From Gammaproteobacteria bacterium (GTDB taxonomy: Bacteria; Pseudomonadota; Gammaproteobacteria; Eutrophobiales; Eutrophobiaceae), in NCBI GenBank assembly GCA_965222155.1, contig CBDCTH010000012.1:224001-288000 (forward strand): 64,000 nucleotides of DNA. Reading direction: 5' to 3'. A program made the translations under genes and the position numbers. The notes beneath the pieces were generated by a model that saw nothing but the letters and a program-made list of their open reading frames with translations, was not told the origin of the DNA and searched no databases. Below are positions 40,902 to 49,851 of the stretch, piece by piece (within the stretch, counting starts at the first letter, position 1; the number at the start of each line of letters is the position of its first letter).

Positions 40902-42098
40902 TTAAGAAGAATTCGAATCTGAGTCAGCGACAAGGTCGGTTGCAAAACCGGTTGTTTGAGTGCCGAGAATATCCTCGAATATTTCACGCGTCATTTTGAA
41001 CCGGGTCTTTACCTTCCTGGTATCGTTTGTGCCAATAGTAATTGCGTTATGGAACTCCTCATCATAAAACAGATTACGGATGGTATCGCCAAGACGCTCG
41101 GCGCACGCACTGACCCTTGCTTCAGGGTAACAGGACAAGCCGGTAGACATAACATCCCAGAGTGATGCATTGAGGACGCTTCGCCGCTGCCGTTCCAAAG
41201 TGTGCTTCCTGAAGGCGTGTCGTTTGAACAACATGAAATTATTGGCAAGGCTCCTGCGTAATTCTCCCGATAACCGCGCAAGGTCAGCTTCCTCCATCAT
41301 GTTCATTCTACGCAAACATTCTGCGAGAAAAACATCCATATCGCCACGGTACTCATCAAGCCCGAGAAGCTGAAAAGCGCAGAACCGGTTGACAAATTCC
41401 CGATCGCGCATGATTTTCCAGTTCAGGCTTCCGTCTGTCACTTTCAGAAAAATTTCGGTTTTTGCTTCATCTTTAAGGAATCGAGTCGCCGGCCCCATGA
41501 ATAAGCTGTTGCGTATTTGCTGTGGTTTGAGTGCCACACCGCTGTTTACTCTGTCGAAGATATCCAGTCGGGCGCGCTCCGAGGCTTTTGAGTCAAGGAT
41601 GTAGAAAATGAGATTACAATCTTCGATTCGATTCTGGAGTTTGGACTCCAGGTCCGAGAACTTTTTGCCATTGAGTTCGCCGCGGTCCGGAAGGCGTAGT
41701 CTCAAACCGTCGGACACGAAGTTCTGGAACGTGGACAGGCGCTGCAAACCGTCTACGACTATCATTCGCCCTCCCTCATCTTCCGCGAGATAGAAGACCG
41801 GCAGGGGAATTCGCATGAGCACGGATTCTATGAGCTTGCTTTGCTTGTCTTCCTCCCAGATGAAATCGCGCTGGAAATCAGGGTCCATTACGTAGCTTCC
41901 CTTATTGATCCGCCGTATGATGTCGAAAACAGTTCGACTTTCATGCCGGATAAAGAGCGCATCAATGGGGTAATCACCCCACGAACCACCTCCTGAGTCC
42001 AGACCTTCGACATCTTCCACGTCAATAGGATTGTCTAATTGCTGGGATTCAGAAGTGTTGTCGCTCTGTGTTTCTTGCATATCAGTCTGCTCATTCAT
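40902..42098 (-). CDS. DUF262 (ParB-like) protein (Menshen NsnA-like)
   Basis: PDFQRDFIW, SKLIESVLMRIPLP, VDGLQRL, IFDRVNSG. Confidence 0.9.
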   Translation of the reverse strand: MNEQTDMQETQSDNTSESQQLDNPIDVEDVEGLDSGGGSWGDYPIDALFIRHESRTVFDIIRRINKGSYVMDPDFQRDFIWEEDKQSKLIESVLMRIPLPVFYLAEDEGGRMIVVDGLQRLSTFQNFVSDGLRLRLPDRGELNGKKFSDLESKLQNRIEDCNLIFYILDSKASERARLDIFDRVNSGVALKPQQIRNSLFMGPATRFLKDEAKTEIFLKVTDGSLNWKIMRDREFVNRFCAFQLLGLDEYRGDMDVFLAECLRRMNMMEEADLARLSGELRRSLANNFMLFKRHAFRKHTLERQRRSVLNASLWDVMSTGLSCYPEARVSACAERLGDTIRNLFYDEEFHNAITIGTNDTRKVKTRFKMTREIFEDILGTQTTGFATDLVADSDSNSS

Positions 42099-42265
42099 CG
42101 GTATCGTAACTTTGTTCAATAAATATTCACATATTTTACTCACATATCGATTTTGAAAGAAACTGCATGAATAAAAAACTCTGTGTCAATTCAGGGTACC
42201 CATAATAAGGGGTCGCCTCCAGCATCGAGTCATTTATTATGCTGCCGGAGGCAACTCCGCTTTCA

Positions 42266-42355
42266 CTGGATTCCGGCTTTCGCCGGAATGACAAACGGGG
42301 GGCAGGAATGACGAGAGAAGGGGGCAGGAATGACGAGAGAAGGGCGCAGGAATGC
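42266..42355. repeat. dRS3-like hairpin plus 20-22-bp tandem GGAATGAC repeats
   Basis: CTGGATTCCGGCTTTCGCCGGAATGAC followed by GCAGGAATGACGAGAGAAGGG twice. Confidence 0.75.
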
Positions 42356-42439
42356 CTGCCCCTACTTACGACCGTAGGTGCAGGCTCAGCATGCTGTAAG
42401 CAGGGGATGAACCAGAGGGGGTATCTCCGAGAACGGATT

Positions 42440-43696
42440 TCAAATCCGTCCCCTGTTACTTAACGTAGTCAAACCATAATAGACGATGGTTGCCGTCAGG
42501 ATTGAATCAAGGCTTGCGATTCCTGAAATGGAAAACCGGTCTGCCTCCGCCAGGTAACCGACCAGCACAGCAATGCCCCAGGCGCTGAACGCGTCCATAT
42601 TGATGCCGGGTTTTGCCGCCGCTATATCTATTTCATTCCCGCCGCGCCGGAAAAGAATAACGTCCAGGACATAAATGCTTGCAATCGGCGGTACCGTTAC
42701 GCCCAGCAACACCAGGAAAGAGATCAGGTAATCATCGGAATACATGAACGCAAGCGCAGTTCCTGTAACTCCTGTGGCCAGGATAAGCTGCCACAGACGC
42801 GCACGGGTGAAGATGGTTGACATTGACAGGCCCGATGAATACAGGCACAGCACATTGCTGCACCATGAACTGAGCAGCAACAGAAAAAAAGCGGGAACAC
42901 CGATACCCAGCGTGACCATGATCATGATCAGGTTCGACACCCCGGTGGCGACACTGGGTATGGCCGCCAGGAAAAAAACCAGTGCCTGCACCGCCCACAG
43001 GGCGATAAAGACCGCCCACATCGCGTGGCGTACATTCTTCGCAAAACGGCTGTAGTCAGGCTGGATGACCACGCCGACGATGTATCCGCCGACGACCGAT
43101 GAGATCGCGGTGGAATAACTTAACGGCTGCGCGCCGGGACTGCCCCGGTTCCATGAGGAGATATCATCCCAGGAAAGCCAGGCGGCATAGAACAGGAAGA
43201 CCAGCATGACAGGCACCAGGCACAATGCGAGTTTGTCGATGCCCTTGAATCCGGACAGGGTGACACCGATCATCAGGCAGGAACCTGTAACGATGTACGC
43301 CCACACGGGGACACCCGGACCGAACAGGTCCTGTATGACCAGGTCTGCCGCAGCGGCGAATACATTGATGATGACCCCATACCAGCCGATCAGCGTCAGT
43401 GCGATGATGAAGTTTACGAACTTGCCGCCTGTCCTGCCGAACGCGAACCCGGTCAGCATATAGGTCGAATACCTTGTCCTGGTGCCGACGTAACTGGTCA
43501 GAGCGCCGAGGCTTCCCAGAATGAAACAACCGGTCAGGAATGCAACAGTTGCTTTTTCCAGTCCCAGGCTGCCTCCTACCTTGGCAGCCTGCAAAAATCC
43601 GGGAATTCCGATGACTCCGCCGACAATGATCATGCCGACGTGAATGCCGCTGTAGGTCTTGTCGCGGGGCACCTGTTCCCGGGAAAAATCGTCCAT
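42440..43696 (-). CDS. NCS1 / cytosine-purine permease (CodB-like)
   Basis: About 12 TM, FGRTG, IGWYG, QPDYSRFAK, LYSSGL. Confidence 0.85.
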   Translation of the reverse strand: MDDFSREQVPRDKTYSGIHVGMIIVGGVIGIPGFLQAAKVGGSLGLEKATVAFLTGCFILGSLGALTSYVGTRTRYSTYMLTGFAFGRTGGKFVNFIIALTLIGWYGVIINVFAAAADLVIQDLFGPGVPVWAYIVTGSCLMIGVTLSGFKGIDKLALCLVPVMLVFLFYAAWLSWDDISSWNRGSPGAQPLSYSTAISSVVGGYIVGVVIQPDYSRFAKNVRHAMWAVFIALWAVQALVFFLAAIPSVATGVSNLIMIMVTLGIGVPAFFLLLLSSWCSNVLCLYSSGLSMSTIFTRARLWQLILATGVTGTALAFMYSDDYLISFLVLLGVTVPPIASIYVLDVILFRRGGNEIDIAAAKPGINMDAFSAWGIAVLVGYLAEADRFSISGIASLDSILTATIVYYGLTTLSNRGRI

Positions 43697-44009
43697 ACCA
43701 CAGTATGTACAGGCAGCGACAGGCGCCACAAGCTACCCTAACGAGTGGCTTGACAATGAGCCGCCCTCGCCAATAATCTACGGTTGACTGCAATCATTAA
43801 AAATTCGAACAGGTGACCGTGAATGTCCGCTCTTCTATCAGTACTGGCTCACTGCTATTTTCTTGCGGCGCTGGTATTTAATGTGGCTGGCCAGGCGCTG
43901 CTTTATATGACCGGCAGGAAACTTGCGCCCACGGATACTGTTCCCGGCTGCATCGTCCTGCCGTTCGCCATGTTTTACCCCGGATCCCGACGATGACAGG
44001 TGTGATGCC

Positions 44010-46094
44010 GTGAGGAGAATCAGGGCGGCCACGGACGTGGGAGGCACCTTTACTGATCTCGTTTATTACGAGATCGACGAGGAGTCCGGCGTTATGGAGT
44101 CGTTCAGGACCGAAAAGGCGCACACCACACCGCCGGACTTCGAAAAAGGCGTCCTGGATTCACTCGACAAGGCCGGTCTGGATTATGCCGCCATCGATTT
44201 TTTTGCTCACGGCACCACCGTGGTTATTAACGCGCTGACGGAACGCAAGGGCGCCAGGACCGGATTGATAACCACATACGGGTTTCGCGACGTACTGGAA
44301 ATCGCCCGCGGCAATCGCCCCGATTTCTTTAACCTGCGTTATCGGAAACCGAAGCCGTTTGTGCCCCGTCACCTGCGGCGAGAGATCAGGGGGCGCATGT
44401 CCTACAAGGGAGATGTCCTGGCCGAACTTCGGCTGGACGATTTGCCGCCGATCATTGAAGATTTCAAGGCGGCGGGCGTCGGTGCAGTGGCGATCTGCCT
44501 GCTGCACTCCTATGCCAATCCCGTCCATGAGAAGGCAGTCTTGAACAAGGTACGGGAGTTATGGCCGGAGGTTGCAAGCGTCGCTTCACACCAGTTGTCA
44601 CAGGAATGGCGCGAGTACGAGCGCAGCAACACGGCCGTCCTGTGCGCGTACGTACGGCCCGGCACCGGGAAATACCTGGCAGGGATGGAAGGCGCATTGA
44701 AAACGCGGGGCTTCAACGGTTCATTTTACATCATGCAATCAAATGGCGGCATCGATACGGTCAACGCGGTCAGGGAGGCCCCCATCACAATCGTGGAATC
44801 AGGACCGGCAAGCGGCGTGCTGGGCGCGGCTTCCCTGGGCAAACTGCTCGGCCTGGAAAACATCATCGCATTCGACGTCGGCGGCACCACGGCCAAATGT
44901 TCCCTGCTCGACCGCGGCAGGGTCGCGACCACGAATCGTTACGTGATAGAACGGAGTGACGTGTCCAGCGGCTACCCCATTATGACCCCGGTGGTCGATA
45001 TCGTCGAGATTGGCAACGGCGGCGGTTCCATCGGCTGGGTCGACGAACACGCCAGGATGCATGTCGGCCCCCGCAGCGCGGGAGCCCTGCCAGGACCGGT
45101 AGCCTATAACCGAGGAGGGACGGAACCGACCACGACCGATGCCAACCTGCTGCTGGCGCGCATTAATCCCCGCTACTTTATCGGAGGCAGCATCAAGCCC
45201 GATATGGATGCAGTGCGATCGGCGCTGGCCCGTCTCGGCACACAATCCGGGATGGAACCCGAAGAAGCGGCGCGCGGGATGATTCGCATCGCCAACCACA
45301 ATATGGTGAACGCCCTGAAGCTGGTCTCCATCAACCGGGGGTACGACCCCAGGGATTTCACGATGATCGCCTTCGGCGGCGGCGGCGCCATGCACGCCAG
45401 CGCACTGGCGGCCGAACTGAATATACCGAAGGTCGTTATACCGGCACATTGCGCGGTATTCTCCGCCTGGGGAATGCTGATGTCGGACCTGCGCCGCGAC
45501 TATGTCCGCACCAGACCGGCGCTGCTTGACGAATCCAGGGCCGATGAACTGGTTGGGATCATCAGCGAGATGGAGCAGGCAGCCCGCACTGCCTACCTGG
45601 AAGAAGGTATCAGTGCAGACGCCATCTATTTTGAGCGCCTGGCTGACATGAGATATGAGGGACAGGAGCACACCATAAGCGTACACCTGCCGGCCGGGAA
45701 ATTCAGTGCAGCTGAAATCGGTGAACTGATCGACCGGTTCAAAGACGCCTACGAGCGTGAATACACCTATCGACTGGATAACGAGGTTGAAATAGTGAGT
45801 TACAACCTTATCGCCTATGCAGCAGTTGATCGGCCGGAACTCGCAAAACTCCCCAACAGAGGAGAGACTGCTGATGCCGTCAAGGGAATGCGGCCCGTGG
45901 ACTTTGACGAGCAGGGCATCCGTGAGACAAAGATCTATGACAGGGAAAAATTACCCGCCCGGGCCGAATTCAGCGGCCCGGCCATCGTCGAAGAAGCGGG
46001 CAGCACAACAGTGCTGTTCCCGGGCCAGTCTGCACGCGTGGACGAATACGGCAACCTGCACATCACAATTCAGGAGTCTGCACTGTGGCAATGA
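44010..46094 (+). CDS. hyuA: Hydantoinase/oxoprolinase subunit A (copy 1)
   Basis: DVGGTFTD, HGTTVVINAL, ESGPASG, DVGGTT, GPRSAGALPGP, FGGGG. Confidence 0.92.
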   Translation: MRRIRAATDVGGTFTDLVYYEIDEESGVMESFRTEKAHTTPPDFEKGVLDSLDKAGLDYAAIDFFAHGTTVVINALTERKGARTGLITTYGFRDVLEIARGNRPDFFNLRYRKPKPFVPRHLRREIRGRMSYKGDVLAELRLDDLPPIIEDFKAAGVGAVAICLLHSYANPVHEKAVLNKVRELWPEVASVASHQLSQEWREYERSNTAVLCAYVRPGTGKYLAGMEGALKTRGFNGSFYIMQSNGGIDTVNAVREAPITIVESGPASGVLGAASLGKLLGLENIIAFDVGGTTAKCSLLDRGRVATTNRYVIERSDVSSGYPIMTPVVDIVEIGNGGGSIGWVDEHARMHVGPRSAGALPGPVAYNRGGTEPTTTDANLLLARINPRYFIGGSIKPDMDAVRSALARLGTQSGMEPEEAARGMIRIANHNMVNALKLVSINRGYDPRDFTMIAFGGGGAMHASALAAELNIPKVVIPAHCAVFSAWGMLMSDLRRDYVRTRPALLDESRADELVGIISEMEQAARTAYLEEGISADAIYFERLADMRYEGQEHTISVHLPAGKFSAAEIGELIDRFKDAYEREYTYRLDNEVEIVSYNLIAYAAVDRPELAKLPNRGETADAVKGMRPVDFDEQGIRETKIYDREKLPARAEFSGPAIVEEAGSTTVLFPGQSARVDEYGNLHITIQESALWQ

Positions 46095-47752
46095 CAACCG
46101 TACACGACCCGATCACGATCAAAATTATCCAGAGTTCCCTGAAGGCCATCACCGATGAGATGTTCGCGACGATGCGCAAGACTGCCATGAGTTCCATTAT
46201 CTACGAAGTTCTCGATTTCGGCGTGGCGCTGACGGACGCACAGGGAAACCTTGCCAGCTCAGGCGCCGGGATACCCGGTTTTATCGGCATGCTTGAACCC
46301 GGTATAAAAACAGTCATCAGGAAATTCAGCCCGCACCGGGATATCAGGGACGGCGATATATTCATCACTAACATACCTCATTACGGTGGAGTGAGCCACC
46401 TGAATGACGTCGTACTGATCCTTCCCGTGTTTGCCGGTCGGAACATCATCGGCTGGCTCGCCAACAAGGCGCACTGGGTAGATATCGGCGGCGCTTACCC
46501 GGGCAGCATCAGTCCGGATGCGTTGGATATATACCAGGAAGGGTTACAGATACCTACTGTTAAGGTCATAGATCGCGGCGAGCCGAACCAGGCAGTGCTG
46601 GATATCATCAAGATGAACAGCCGTCTACCGGAAACGACCGAGGGCGACTTCTGGGCCGGTGTCGCTTCCATGCGCGCCGGGGAAAAACGCTTCTCGGGGC
46701 TGGTCGCCAAGTACGGCAAGGACGCGCTGCTCTACGCAATTGACGACTATATCGCACTCGGTGAAGAGATTTCCCGGCGCGTACTGAAGACATTGCCGAA
46801 AGGCAAATTTTGCGCAAGCGAAGTGATCGATGACGGGCGCACAATCAAGGTTGCCATAACAATCACGGAGGATCAGTTCATCGTCGACCTGACAGGTAAT
46901 CCGGAGCAGAGCAAATCAGCTTTCAATACCTCTTATGATGCAACGGTTGTCGATGCCAGGATGATCTTCAAAGCCATTGCGAGTCCCCGTTCCTTTGCCA
47001 ATGCAGGCACCTTCAAGCCGGTGCAGGTCCTGGTCGATGAGGGCTCGATATTCGCCGCGCAATACCCGTCGGCCATGAGCGTGTACTATGAAGTCGGCAT
47101 CATGCTGTTCGACCTGCTCTGGAAGGCGCTCGCCCCGGTATTGGGCGACTACCTGCCGGCAGGGCATTACGCGTCCATCTGCGGAACCTTTATCGGCGGC
47201 CCCCATCCCGATACCGGCAAGCCGCACAGCATTGTCGAGCCGCAATTGGGCGGATGGGGCGCGTGCCGTGATGACGACGGCATCAACGCGATGTATACCG
47301 GCCATCATGGCGATACGTTCAATTGTCCGGTCGAGGTCACGGAACAGAGAAACGGCCTGCTGGTCGACCGTTTTTGCCTGAACGAGGAACCGGGGGGAGA
47401 GGGTGAATTCATCGGTGGCAAGGGGATCAACCTGGACTATCGCATCCTGCGCGACGAGTGGTGGATCACCATGTCTTACGTCCGTTCGGAAAACGGTCCC
47501 TGGGGGCTGGACGGCGGACTCGAGGGCACAACGAATTACATCAAGGTAGTGCGTACGGATGGGCAGGAAAAAAGGTATCGCTCCTGTACCGCGCTGCCGC
47601 TGGGCCGCGGCGACGTGGTCAAGGTCGTCACTGCCACCGGTGGCGGTTACGGCGACCCGCGCTGCAGGCCGCGCAACAAAGTCCTTGAAGACCTGAAAAA
47701 CGGCTACATCTCTCCGGAACGTGCTAGGAAAATCTATGGTGTCAATACCTGA
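46091..47752 (+). CDS. hyuB: Hydantoinase/oxoprolinase subunit B (copy 1)
   Basis: SSIIYEVLDF, HLNDV, AHWVDIGG, YQEGL, GGGYGDP. Confidence 0.92.
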   Translation: MTTVHDPITIKIIQSSLKAITDEMFATMRKTAMSSIIYEVLDFGVALTDAQGNLASSGAGIPGFIGMLEPGIKTVIRKFSPHRDIRDGDIFITNIPHYGGVSHLNDVVLILPVFAGRNIIGWLANKAHWVDIGGAYPGSISPDALDIYQEGLQIPTVKVIDRGEPNQAVLDIIKMNSRLPETTEGDFWAGVASMRAGEKRFSGLVAKYGKDALLYAIDDYIALGEEISRRVLKTLPKGKFCASEVIDDGRTIKVAITITEDQFIVDLTGNPEQSKSAFNTSYDATVVDARMIFKAIASPRSFANAGTFKPVQVLVDEGSIFAAQYPSAMSVYYEVGIMLFDLLWKALAPVLGDYLPAGHYASICGTFIGGPHPDTGKPHSIVEPQLGGWGACRDDDGINAMYTGHHGDTFNCPVEVTEQRNGLLVDRFCLNEEPGGEGEFIGGKGINLDYRILRDEWWITMSYVRSENGPWGLDGGLEGTTNYIKVVRTDGQEKRYRSCTALPLGRGDVVKVVTATGGGYGDPRCRPRNKVLEDLKNGYISPERARKIYGVNT

Positions 47753-49851
47753 TCGGCGTGGTAATTACCAAACCTGTCGATAGTAACCACGCATCCGGGC
47801 GGGACCACCATGCTGACGGACGGTTCCTGGATAACGGCCGGGCCGTCGAGCTTTATACCCGGCTCCAGTCGCAGCCCGTCATAGATAACGGCATCGTGTA
47901 TGCCGTGCCGGTCAAAATCCACTTTACGCACGTGCAGGACGGCATCCTCCGGCCTCAACCCGGTTTGCGGTTTTTCCAGGAGGTCGGGTTTGTCCACCGC
48001 CACACTCGCCACCAGGTGCAGGTTCACCACCTGGAGTTCCGCATCATCGAGACGGTAGGTATAGCGTTTCTCATGAGCGGCATTGAATCGCTCCGCCGCA
48101 AGCACCAGATCCACCCGGCCATCGGCAAAAGGAAACAGAATTTTGACGGTATGCTCCTGGCCGCGATAACGCATATCGGCATGGTAATCGAATCCTATCT
48201 CGGGGTCCCCCGAACCGAGGCCGTCGGCGCCATAATCCTTGCGCGCCCGGCCGATCAATGCGTTAAAAACCTGCGCCAGCTTATCCGCGTTGCCCGGCTC
48301 CAGCGCCAGGGGACAGGTCTGCAGGTAATCACGGCGCAGGTCCGTCAGCAACATCCCCCAGGCCGAGAAAACGGCAGAGTTGACCGGTACGATGACACGC
48401 CGCACCTGCAATTCTTCGGCTAGGTCCAAGGCATGGAGCGCTCCTCCCCCGCCGAAGGCAACCAGGGTGAAATCGCGCGGATCATAGCCCTTGTTCGTGG
48501 ACACCAGCCTGAGCGCGTTGGTCATATTGGCATTGGCAACCCTGACCACACCCCTGGCCAGCTCATCCCGCGTCATGCCGAGCCTGTCCTGCAGCGGTTT
48601 GAAAGCGGCATTGACCGCATCCCAGTCCGGCTGCACGGCGCCACCGACAAAACTGTCCGGGTCAATCCTTCCCAGCACCAGGTTGGCGTCGGTTGTCGTT
48701 ACCCTGGTCCCTCCCTTGCCGTAGGACGCCGGTCCCGGCAGTGCTCCCGCGGACTGCGGTCCGACGTGCAGCCTGTTGCCCTCGTCTATCCAGGCGATGG
48801 AACCGCCGCCGTTACCGATCTCGACAAGTTCGGTAACCGGGGTCTGGATGGGATAGCCGGGCATTTTGCGGTCCCTGTTGATATGGTATTCTGTGGTGAT
48901 CCTGATCTCGCCGTTCTCAACCAGGGCGCATTTCGCCGTGGTGCCGCCTATATCCAGGACGATCAGGTTTTCCTCGCCGATGTTACTGCCCAGACTGGCC
49001 GCGGCAAAAATACCGCTGGCAGGCCCGGACTCCACCATGGCAATCGGATTGGACCTGGCGGCTTCCATCGTGGCGATGCCGCCGTTTGACTGCATCATGT
49101 AGGGTTTCCCGGTGAAACCGCCCGCAAGCAGATGTCGCTCCAGGGACTCGATATATTTTTTGGCGACGGGATGGACACAGGCGGCCAGCACCGTGGTACT
49201 GGTGCGTTCGTATTCCCGCCATTCCCGGCTGATTTGGTGGGAAGCCAGGACGGATACGTCAGGCCACAGCACTTTAATCTGCTCCGCTGCACTCACCTCG
49301 TTTTCCGGGTTGATGTATGAATGGAGAAAACAGACGGCTATGGCTTCCACCCCTTCCGCTTTAAAGAAATCCAGCAACGCCGGCAACGGTGACAGGCACA
49401 CCGCTTTCTGCACCTCGCCCTTGTAGTTGACGCGTTCGTTGAGTTCCGCCCTGAGATAGCGTTCGACAAAAGGCTTGGGTTTCCTGAAATTGAAGTTGAA
49501 CAGGTCCGGCCGGTTGCCGCGGGCCAACTCCAGGACATCTCGAAATCCCTTTGTGGTAATCAGGGCAGTCTTGACACCTTTCTTTTCCGTCAGGGCATTG
49601 ATGACCAGGGTGGAACCGTGGGCAAAAAACGCCAAGTCGGCGGGAGAGATCTCAGCCTTCTCCATGGCGACCATCACCCCTGTTTCAAAATCAGGCGGGG
49701 TGGTATCGGTCTTTACCGACTGTACGGTTCCGCAGGCGCCTGTCCCTGTGTCAATCCGGTAATATACGAGATCGGTAAAGGTTCCGCCTACGTCGCTGGC
49801 TGCCCTGAACTTGTCCTTTGCTCGCTTAAAAGTCGTATCGGTACTCAACAC
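47734..49851 (-). CDS. hyuA: Hydantoinase/oxoprolinase subunit A (copy 2); start uncertain
   Basis: DVGGTFTD, HGSTLVINAL, ESGPASG, DIGGTT, GPQSAGALPGP. Confidence 0.9.
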   Translation of the reverse strand: MLSTDTTFKRAKDKFRAASDVGGTFTDLVYYRIDTGTGACGTVQSVKTDTTPPDFETGVMVAMEKAEISPADLAFFAHGSTLVINALTEKKGVKTALITTKGFRDVLELARGNRPDLFNFNFRKPKPFVERYLRAELNERVNYKGEVQKAVCLSPLPALLDFFKAEGVEAIAVCFLHSYINPENEVSAAEQIKVLWPDVSVLASHQISREWREYERTSTTVLAACVHPVAKKYIESLERHLLAGGFTGKPYMMQSNGGIATMEAARSNPIAMVESGPASGIFAAASLGSNIGEENLIVLDIGGTTAKCALVENGEIRITTEYHINRDRKMPGYPIQTPVTELVEIGNGGGSIAWIDEGNRLHVGPQSAGALPGPASYGKGGTRVTTTDANLVLGRIDPDSFVGGAVQPDWDAVNAAFKPLQDRLGMTRDELARGVVRVANANMTNALRLVSTNKGYDPRDFTLVAFGGGGALHALDLAEELQVRRVIVPVNSAVFSAWGMLLTDLRRDYLQTCPLALEPGNADKLAQVFNALIGRARKDYGADGLGSGDPEIGFDYHADMRYRGQEHTVKILFPFADGRVDLVLAAERFNAAHEKRYTYRLDDAELQVVNLHLVASVAVDKPDLLEKPQTGLRPEDAVLHVRKVDFDRHGIHDAVIYDGLRLEPGIKLDGPAVIQEPSVSMVVPPGCVVTIDRFGNYHADQVLTP

